Shown: positions 1 through 5,658 of the stretch, one piece after another
Numbering within the stretch: position 1 is the stretch's first letter
Layout: every line of letters begins with the position of its first letter
Origin: a virus
Taxonomy: Duplodnaviria; Caudoviricetes
Length of the DNA: 35,626 nucleotides
Reading direction: 5' to 3' (one strand)
Virus record (IMG/VR): IMGVR_UViG_3300021375_000088
Span: 1 to 35,626 of that record
Program-made: the position numbers and the translations under genes
The notes under the pieces: generated by a model
The model's input: only the letters and a program-made list of their open reading frames with translations
What the model was told of the DNA's origin: nothing
Databases searched by the model: none

Positions 1-396
1 AGATATTTTTAAAGGTTGAGAAAACTTATGAGAATTTTGAAAAACCTCAGATAGCCGTTAAACCTACACAAGATAGCCGTTTTACGGCTACATTAGAAGA
101 AGAATTAAGTATTAATAATATAGGTAATATTGTTAAGAGATTAGCAGGTGATAAGGAGAAGATAATAAACGAATTATCAACCCTACCTATTGAAGAACTA
201 AAAACAGATAAATCTAACCCATATTACTGTAAACTTGCTATTGAGAAAAAAGAAGATTCTGGAAAATCATATGTATCTCCAGATAAAATTTTATCTGCAT
301 TGTCCAATTTAAAAAACCAAAGAAAAAAAGCTAACCCCTTTTACAAAGCTAAAGTTGAATACAATAAAAGAAACAATCTAAACTGGAAAGGAGAAC
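1..396. repeat. Terminal direct repeat, copy 1 (assembly/circularisation overlap)
   Basis: 1-396 matches 35231-35626 with 5 substitutions (positions 128, 131, 149, 227, 279). Confidence 0.97.
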
Positions 397-413
397 CAAA
401 AAATGACAAATAA
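1..413 (+). CDS. 3' part of putative replication initiator that starts at 34951 and crosses the junction
   Basis: Frame open from 34951 through the repeat; stop TAA at 411-413; 230 aa on the circular map. Confidence 0.85.
   Translation, partial: IFLKVEKTYENFEKPQIAVKPTQDSRFTATLEEELSINNIGNIVKRLAGDKEKIINELSTLPIEELKTDKSNPYYCKLAIEKKEDSGKSYVSPDKILSALSNLKNQRKKANPFYKAKVEYNKRNNLNWKGEPKNDK
49..90. promoter_or_regulatory. Iteron-like repeats, candidate replication origin inside the initiator gene
   Basis: AGATAGCCGTT at 49-59 and 71-81 (22-bp period), inverted TAGCCGT/ACGGCTA at 74-90, followed by an AT-rich tract. Confidence 0.55.
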
Positions 414-528
414 AGGTAAAATAATTTTTAGAATAAAAGATCTTATTTTAAAATGTAGAATGAAAGGTAAATTTAAAATGGCTATTAAATTAAAAAACAT
501 ATTAAAACGAATAACCGATAGGAGTTAA
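403..528 (+). CDS. Small basic hypothetical protein (41 aa, MTNKGKIIFRIKDLILKCRM...)
   Basis: Manual translation; SD GAAAGGAG upstream; fills the gap between neighbouring genes. Confidence 0.65.
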   Translation: MTNKGKIIFRIKDLILKCRMKGKFKMAIKLKNILKRITDRS

Positions 529-531
529 GTT

Positions 532-969
532 ATGCCAGGCAGACCAATGAGAAAAGTATTTTGTCAAGGTTTTACCAGAGCTGGTTTAAGACTTGGCTTA
601 AAAATACCTTGTAAAATGAAAGGCTATTTACTTGCAAATAATACATACAAGTGTAAGTATCATGGCTATCAAAATGTTAAGGGATTTAAAAAGGAAAATT
701 ATACCCATGAAACAAGAATAAAACAATTAAAGACGCTCTTACAGTTTAGGAACTATACAGATGAACAAATCAAAAATTACTACTACGAAAAAATCAAACC
801 AGGAATTGATAACAACAGACCAAGCAGATATAATATGCGATGCACTAGCAAATGGAAAAACCCTTACCGAAATTCTGGAAAATCAAAAAGTCTATCCATT
901 CAGTTTGATGAAATTTTATGCGTACTTAAAAAAAAATCCAGAGTTAGAAATAAAAATAACAGAAGCTAG
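532..969 (+). CDS. Cys/His zinc-binding protein, HGGxSTG-domain-like
   Basis: C..FTRAG...PC...CKYHG pattern; SD AGGAG; lies next to terS. Confidence 0.6.
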   Translation: MPGRPMRKVFCQGFTRAGLRLGLKIPCKMKGYLLANNTYKCKYHGYQNVKGFKKENYTHETRIKQLKTLLQFRNYTDEQIKNYYYEKIKPGIDNNRPSRYNMRCTSKWKNPYRNSGKSKSLSIQFDEILCVLKKKSRVRNKNNRS

Positions 970-1237
970 AAAGTACGGAGTTCAAACTCTTATTGATAAG
1001 TTGCTGCAAGTATTTAAGTACCAAGAAATTGAAGATCCAAATGCTATTTTGTGGATCAGAGAAAAAACAAAGTTCATTACATTTCTTGCTAATAAATTAA
1101 CTGATTTATATTCTGACAATAAACCTATTAAACAAAACATAGATCAAAAAATGACTATTAGTTGGGAAGATAATCAAGATGATTTGATTGATGTATCAGA
1201 GGATATAGTTGATATACCCTCTGATAATAAAGATTAA
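761..1237 (+). CDS. terS: Terminase small subunit
   Basis: IICDALANGKTLTEIL HTH followed by AR..G....D, typical of Sf6/P22-like TerS. Confidence 0.75.
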   Translation: MNKSKITTTKKSNQELITTDQADIICDALANGKTLTEILENQKVYPFSLMKFYAYLKKNPELEIKITEARKYGVQTLIDKLLQVFKYQEIEDPNAILWIREKTKFITFLANKLTDLYSDNKPIKQNIDQKMTISWEDNQDDLIDVSEDIVDIPSDNKD

Positions 1238-1449
1238 TCGTGATCGTATTGTTTCATTACAATATTAAAACTAATATTGTGGTGTGCGTCATGGTTTTCC
1301 ATAAGTTCTTCAAGAACATTCATTAACTTTTTAATGTTCATACCATCATTGCTTTCATAAGTAGCCAAAACTTGATCTGTCATTTTCTTATCAGTTTTTT
1401 CATGGTACTTATTACCTTTTATTTCTACTTTGTATCTGTCTATGTACAT
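1234..1449 (-). CDS. Hypothetical early protein (71 aa)
   Basis: ORF with strong leader AACAGAAAGGGAAAACAATG. Confidence 0.8.
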   Translation of the reverse strand: MYIDRYKVEIKGNKYHEKTDKKMTDQVLATYESNDGMNIKKLMNVLEELMENHDAHHNISFNIVMKQYDHD

Positions 1450-1480
1450 TGTTTTCCCTTTCTGTTTGTTGTTAGTGAAA

Positions 1481-1504
1481 GTATGGAGATAAAAACATCC
1501 ATAC
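1481..1504 (-). ncRNA. Intergenic stem-loop, candidate antisense (anti-RBS) element
   Basis: 7-bp stem GTATGGA/TCCATAC with 10-nt loop; minus-strand RNA is complementary to the erf RBS (33073-33089). Confidence 0.45.
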
Positions 1505-1537
1505 CAATACCAAATAACCTAAAACTATATAGATCAT

Positions 1538-1771
1538 TTAGATTTTTTTAGCTATGTAATCAAAAATTGGATCCTTTTGACCAGACGCATAACTAATTCT
1601 TTTTTGATATAAAACCACAGTATTATTTTTTGCATTACGCATAAATAAATTTGCTGTATCTCTTACATCATTATTATAAAACCTATCTTTTGCTAAGTAG
1701 CCTTTGTGATAAGTTATGGTTTCGTTAGATTGAGCCGTTTGTAACCATGTTTCGTAGTTGTTTATTGTCAT
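1538..1771 (-). CDS. Hypothetical early protein (77 aa, MTINNYETWL...)
   Basis: Start moved to 1771 on the basis of SD AGAGGA; YHKGYLAKDR and LYQKR blocks. Confidence 0.8.
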   Translation of the reverse strand: MTINNYETWLQTAQSNETITYHKGYLAKDRFYNNDVRDTANLFMRNAKNNTVVLYQKRISYASGQKDPIFDYIAKKI

Positions 1772-1910
1772 TGTTTTTATCCTCTGTTTTTTTATTGTTA
1801 TAATTTCTAACAATCATTTTAATTGCTAGACCATTTTCATCTTTAAGAGTATTGAATAATATTTTTGTCAATTCCCTTACAGATAAATTTTGTTGTAGTT
1901 GTTTATTCAT
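1725..1910 (-). CDS. Hypothetical protein (MNKQLQQN...)
   Basis: ATG overlaps the end of the upstream gene, as expected for translational coupling. Confidence 0.6.
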   Translation of the reverse strand: MNKQLQQNLSVRELTKILFNTLKDENGLAIKMIVRNYNNKKTEDKNNDNKQLRNMVTNGSI

Positions 1911-2067
1911 ACCAAACTTCATTTGTTGGATAATAAACTTTTATTGCACCACCTTCTTTTGTTATGCAATCATCATTAGAGCAATAATAATATCCTAATC
2001 CTTCTTCAATGGTACAATTTTCATCCCATTCAAGATTACTTTTACATTCACAACATTTATATTTCAT
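1903..2067 (-). CDS. Small zinc-finger protein (54 aa, MKYKCCECKS...YCSNDDC)
   Basis: Manual translation; CxxC and CxxxxC; strong GAAAGGG leader. Confidence 0.8.
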   Translation of the reverse strand: MKYKCCECKSNLEWDENCTIEEGLGYYYCSNDDCITKEGGAIKVYYPTNEVWYE

Positions 2068-2088
2068 TTTATTTTCCCTTTCTGTTTT

Positions 2089-2196
2089 TTATATTATTAA
2101 TAATGCTAAACCCAAAATAATTATAGATACAAAAATGACGCACCACATAACTGCTTTGGTATATTTTCTATGTATTGCTTTACCCATTATAATCAT
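2089..2196 (-). CDS. Small membrane peptide (35 aa)
   Basis: MIIMGKAIHRKYTKAVMWCVIFVSIIILGLALLII; SD AGAGG. Confidence 0.65.
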   Translation of the reverse strand: MIIMGKAIHRKYTKAVMWCVIFVSIIILGLALLII

Positions 2197-2299
2197 ATTT
2201 TTTAACCTCTGTTTTCTTGTTGGTTTTTTTTGATTTTAAAAACTCGTAAACTATTGATATTAAACCATATAATAATAAAACTTTTATTGTCATATCCAT
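2180..2299 (-). CDS. Small N-anchored membrane peptide (39 aa)
   Basis: MDMTIKVLLLYGLISIVYEFLKSKK...; leader AACAGAAAGGA. Confidence 0.65.
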   Translation of the reverse strand: MDMTIKVLLLYGLISIVYEFLKSKKTNKKTEVKKYDYNG

Positions 2300-2301
2300 T
2301 T

Positions 2302-2481
2302 TTATTTATCCTTTCTGTTTGCTTCATTAATTATATCATCTGGTAAAGGTACTATATCATAATCATAATGTATTTTAAGATCATGTTGATTTAGATCTAT
2401 TTCTTTATTTATTTTTGCCAAATAATCGTTGAACTTTTTTATTGTTTTATTTAGTTTATCGCAGCTACTATCATCATTCAT
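2302..2481 (-). CDS. Hypothetical protein (59 aa, MNDDSSCDKL...)
   Basis: Manual translation; TAATG coupling to the upstream gene. Confidence 0.7.
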   Translation of the reverse strand: MNDDSSCDKLNKTIKKFNDYLAKINKEIDLNQHDLKIHYDYDIVPLPDDIINEANRKDK

Positions 2482-2729
2482 TAAACAACCCCCAATTTTT
2501 GCAATGTTTTAAGTTCTTGATCTGTTATTTCTTGACTTGAATAAACGCTTATTGCATTAAGCATTTGATTATCCCAATATACACCCTCATTAAGTTTATT
2601 TTTTTTCTTTAAACTCCAAAACTGTTTACAATATTTATAATCAGTTGTTTTATTATGAAATATATATTTATCACTATGCTGATAATCTCCTATTTGCATA
2701 TCAAATGTTACTAATATATTTTTACTCAT
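2481..2729 (-). CDS. Hypothetical early protein (82 aa)
   Basis: ORF track; SD GAGGA. Confidence 0.8.
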   Translation of the reverse strand: MSKNILVTFDMQIGDYQHSDKYIFHNKTTDYKYCKQFWSLKKKNKLNEGVYWDNQMLNAISVYSSQEITDQELKTLQKLGVV

Positions 2730-2957
2730 TTATTCCTCGCTTTCTTTCCATTTTTTAAAGTTAATAAAATCATCTGATAATCTATCTATATGCTCGTATA
2801 TTTCTGAACCCTCATAATATTGAAAGGGTTCCCAAGCATTATTTTGACAATAATCATTTACTTTTTTTTCTGACCATTTATCAAAATTTTTTGGCAATTC
2901 TTTAGATAAAAAATGGCTGCTTGCTAACATTAAACTTTCTTTTTCTGTTGGTGTCAT
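2730..2957 (-). CDS. Hypothetical early protein (75 aa)
   Basis: ORF track; leader ACAGAAAGCGAG. Confidence 0.8.
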   Translation of the reverse strand: MTPTEKESLMLASSHFLSKELPKNFDKWSEKKVNDYCQNNAWEPFQYYEGSEIYEHIDRLSDDFINFKKWKESEE

Positions 2958-2958
2958 G

Positions 2959-3108
2959 TTATTTACTCGCTTTCTGTTGTTTATATTGTTTTTTGTTTTT
3001 AGCTTTAGAATTTAAAATGCTGCAATATTCCTGAATATAATACTCATGTTGATATTTATTTTTAATAATTCTATTGATTGCATTAATTCTTTTATCTTTC
3101 CAATTCAT
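2959..3108 (-). CDS. Hypothetical basic protein (49 aa, MNWKDKRINAINR...)
   Basis: Manual translation; exactly fills the gap between neighbours. Confidence 0.7.
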   Translation of the reverse strand: MNWKDKRINAINRIIKNKYQHEYYIQEYCSILNSKAKNKKQYKQQKASK

Positions 3109-3110
3109 AA

Positions 3111-3398
3111 TTAATAAGCTTGTATTATTAATCTTTCAGTGTCTGGTATTTCAATTACTGTTGTATGGTTTCTTAAATCTTCAAGACTTTTAATATCTCT
3201 ATAATTGTCTTGTACTTTTTTTAAGCTGTCATACTCATCAAAATCACATCTGATTGCAATTGGATCAAATTCTAATTCTTGATCGCAATCTTGTTCGTAT
3301 TGCTCAAAATGTTTAAACAATGCTTTAGTTCCCTCGTAGCTAAAACCATGTTCAATCATCTCATTTGTAAAAGTGTGTTCTGTTATTGTGTCTTTCAT
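3111..3398 (-). CDS. Acidic hypothetical protein, possible DNA mimic
   Basis: 23 D/E versus 10 K/R in 95 aa; FSYEG..ALF and DPIAIRCDF blocks; strong leader. Confidence 0.8.
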   Translation of the reverse strand: MKDTITEHTFTNEMIEHGFSYEGTKALFKHFEQYEQDCDQELEFDPIAIRCDFDEYDSLKKVQDNYRDIKSLEDLRNHTTVIEIPDTERLIIQAY

Positions 3399-3416
3399 TT
3401 TGTTTTTTCCTTTCTA

Positions 3417-3590
3417 TTAATAATTATTTTTACACCAATCAACTAGCTTGTTTTTTACTGTGTCAAAATCTAGTTTTTGTTTTATTAGTTTTTTAGCTTG
3501 TTTAACAAAATTGCTATCTTCCATTAAAAAATTTGGTGATATTGATACCTCACCCGATACAAGTAGTATTAGTTTTTCGCCTTTGCTCAT
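3417..3590 (-). CDS. Hypothetical protein (57 aa, MSKGEKLILL...)
   Basis: Manual translation; leader AACTAACAAAGGGGAAAC. Confidence 0.75.
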   Translation of the reverse strand: MSKGEKLILLVSGEVSISPNFLMEDSNFVKQAKKLIKQKLDFDTVKNKLVDWCKNNY

Positions 3591-3611
3591 TTGTTTCCCC
3601 TTTGTTAGTTG

Positions 3612-3830
3612 TTATTTTAAATTTGTTGTTGAAATTTTGCCATCACCAATAATACAATAGCTTTCAACCTCGTAATGATTTTTAAAAACTTTATTGTGTT
3701 CTATAATTGCATCTATCCAATCTTTACAATTTACAGTTAATCTAGTTTTTCTTAAATCATCATGTGTAGCATTTTTATAAATGTATTTTGCAACACTAAT
3801 CAAAAATGTTTTTTTGTTTGTTTTTGTCAT
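3612..3830 (-). CDS. Hypothetical early protein (72 aa)
   Basis: ORF track; leader AACTAACGAAAGGAAAC. Confidence 0.8.
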   Translation of the reverse strand: MTKTNKKTFLISVAKYIYKNATHDDLRKTRLTVNCKDWIDAIIEHNKVFKNHYEVESYCIIGDGKISTTNLK

Positions 3831-3886
3831 AGTTTCCTTTCGTTAGTTGTTTTCTATTTTTATAATTGTTATTGTTTTATTTTTAT

Positions 3887-3904
3887 AGTTGCCAAATTGT
3901 CGCA
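3887..3904 (-). promoter_or_regulatory. Candidate early promoter/operator motif, copy 1
   Basis: AGTTGCCAAATTGTCGCA, 16/18 identical to 5057-5074; intergenic. Confidence 0.6.
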
Positions 3905-3905
3905 T

Positions 3906-3968
3906 CTATTTACCAAATATTAAAGTAATTATTATTGCTAATACTAAAGCTAAATAAAAATATTCCAT
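3906..3968 (-). CDS. 20-aa hydrophobic micro-peptide (MEYFYLALVLAIIITLIFGK)
   Basis: Strong leader AGAAAGGTAAAACAATG, same as that of the adjacent gene. Confidence 0.6.
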   Translation of the reverse strand: MEYFYLALVLAIIITLIFGK

Positions 3969-3991
3969 TGTTTTACCTTTCTATTGTTGCG

Positions 3992-4150
3992 TTAATCTAT
4001 AAAGTTTCTAGCAAAATCTAAAGCAAATAATAAAAAGCAACCAAACGTTAATATAAACCCTAATGATTGCTGACTTGGATCAGTTGCTAAAATAACCATA
4101 CCTAACATTGAGCATGATAAAAGTATTAACCATTTAATTATTGTAAGCAT
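3992..4150 (-). CDS. Two-TM membrane protein (52 aa)
   Basis: MLTIIKWLILLSCSMLGMVILATDPSQQSLGFILTFGCFLLFALDFARNFID; strong leader. Confidence 0.75.
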   Translation of the reverse strand: MLTIIKWLILLSCSMLGMVILATDPSQQSLGFILTFGCFLLFALDFARNFID

Positions 4151-4154
4151 TGTT

Positions 4155-4442
4155 TTACCTTTCTTTATTTAGTTGTTTTATTCCATATTTAGCAGCACAA
4201 TTCACACCACAAAATTTATATTTACCTAAATAATAATAATAACTTTCTCCATCCCATAATTTGTAAGAATAGATTGTATCTCCATTTTTAATATTTAATG
4301 ATGGCATTGAGAAACCATCTACTATTATTTTTTTTTTCATATAACAAATCAAATTGCCTTTATAAGATTCTTTTTGATTTCTTATATCTTTAGTCATTCT
4401 TCTTAATGTTTTATTACAAGTTATACATTTAACTTTTTTCAT
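4155..4442 (-). CDS. Zinc-finger hypothetical protein
   Basis: CITC ... FCGVNC. Confidence 0.8.
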   Translation of the reverse strand: MKKVKCITCNKTLRRMTKDIRNQKESYKGNLICYMKKKIIVDGFSMPSLNIKNGDTIYSYKLWDGESYYYYLGKYKFCGVNCAAKYGIKQLNKER

Positions 4443-4461
4443 AGTTCCCTTTCTTAGTTGT

Positions 4462-4680
4462 TTATTTAATAAATTTAATTTGTTTTTGTGTTAATTTTGT
4501 GGCATGGAAACCAACCGCTTCAAGATCACTTGTAAAAAATTGACAACTATCACACCTTTCAATATGTGGTTTATGATAAGGATCATTTTTTGCAATCAAA
4601 CCTGAACTTTCAACATCTTGAAAATATCCATAACCATCGCAATCTTTACAATTATTTATTTTGTGTTTATATTTTTGCAT
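4462..4680 (-). CDS. DnaJ-type CxxCxGxG zinc-finger protein
   Basis: CKDCDGYG ... CDSC. Confidence 0.75.
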   Translation of the reverse strand: MQKYKHKINNCKDCDGYGYFQDVESSGLIAKNDPYHKPHIERCDSCQFFTSDLEAVGFHATKLTQKQIKFIK

Positions 4681-4683
4681 TGT

Positions 4684-5022
4684 TTACCCTTTCGTTGATT
4701 GAATATAATCTTTTAAAATATAAAAATTAAAAGAATATTTATTGTTTTTATTAAAATTATTCACAAATCTTTGAAATTCAGCTTTAGAACCTTTAAGAGT
4801 ATGAGAAGCACAATCAATTAAATTATGTGATAAATCATCAACATTAAGCCAATCAATATCATTAATTAAGTGTAAATGTTTTTTGTATATAATATGATTT
4901 GACCATTGACCATCTTGATCTTTAGCAATAAAGACAAAATTATTTAGAGGTGAAATTGCATACCAACTGGCATAACAACCATTAAATTTTTTAGATGTTT
5001 TTTTCCAAATTAATTTTTTCAT
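4684..5022 (-). CDS. Hypothetical protein, first gene of the leftward cassette
   Basis: ORF track, ATG at 5022. Confidence 0.7.
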   Translation of the reverse strand: MKKLIWKKTSKKFNGCYASWYAISPLNNFVFIAKDQDGQWSNHIIYKKHLHLINDIDWLNVDDLSHNLIDCASHTLKGSKAEFQRFVNNFNKNNKYSFNFYILKDYIQSTKG

Positions 5023-5056
5023 AAATATCAATTTAACATATTAGTTAATTAATATC

Positions 5057-5074
5057 AGTTGACAAATTGACGCA
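5057..5074 (-). promoter_or_regulatory. Candidate early promoter/operator motif, copy 2
   Basis: AGTTGACAAATTGACGCA; on the minus strand TTGTCA-16-TAATAT upstream of the cassette. Confidence 0.6.
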
Positions 5075-5463
5075 GTTTATAGATTAGAATAGTTATAAAG
5101 TATTATGAATGAGATATATTTATAATTAGTTATAAAGATGGTTCAACCAACTAGACATAAACATTTTTAACTTATGCGATATAACAAACGGATCTAATAC
5201 GCCAAAATATTTTCCGATAAATCAAGGTTATCAAACATTACTATTGATAACGCAAATATATCATTAGTAATATTTACTGCAACTTTTACAGCTTTTTTAA
5301 AAACTGCACCCCCTACTACCCCAAATTTTCTACCTAACTTTTCTTATATATATACATGGGAATTGTAAACAGACACACACAGACACCCTGCACCAGTTAT
5401 ACAAACGCATTACCAAAATTATTTTTTAGTTGTTTTAAAAAGCGAATACACTAGATGTAGTAT
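5075..5463. other. Large non-coding control region between divergent early and late blocks; candidate pac/genome end
   Basis: No credible ORF; direct and inverted repeats; C-rich strand asymmetry. Confidence 0.6.
5448..5463. promoter_or_regulatory. NrdR-box-like palindrome
   Basis: ACACTAGATGTAGTAT versus consensus acaCwAtATaTwGtgt; all core positions match. Confidence 0.4.
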
Positions 5464-5655
5464 ATGGATTATATGAATAGTGATGAATTTGATTGTGTTG
5501 CTTATGTTGATGAAAAAACTAATAATCTAGTAATAAGATTCTTTGGTATACCTAATAAACAAGCTGCTGAACTATTTGCAGATTATGTAATGATGACATT
5601 AGGAGTTGATTACCAATCTATTAACGAGACCCCTCGTTCTAAAATGGTTCATTAA
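5464..5655 (+). CDS. Hypothetical protein
   Basis: ORF directly upstream of terL. Confidence 0.75.
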   Translation: MDYMNSDEFDCVAYVDEKTNNLVIRFFGIPNKQAAELFADYVMMTLGVDYQSINETPRSKMVH

Positions 5656-5658
5656 CAG

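Noticed and set aside
1-396. Terminal repeat as a true T7-like physical DTR
   Set aside because: It starts and ends inside a coding gene and the copies differ; an assembly overlap or permuted redundancy is more likely
2009-3660. Plus-strand ORFs 2009-2233 and 3448-3660
   Set aside because: Antisense shadows of minus-strand genes that have strong leaders
5031-5058. XerD-arm-like ATATGTTAAAT (dif-like site for integrase-free integration)
   Set aside because: 10/11 match to an AT-rich arm is expected by chance here, and there is no convincing XerC arm at 6-bp spacing
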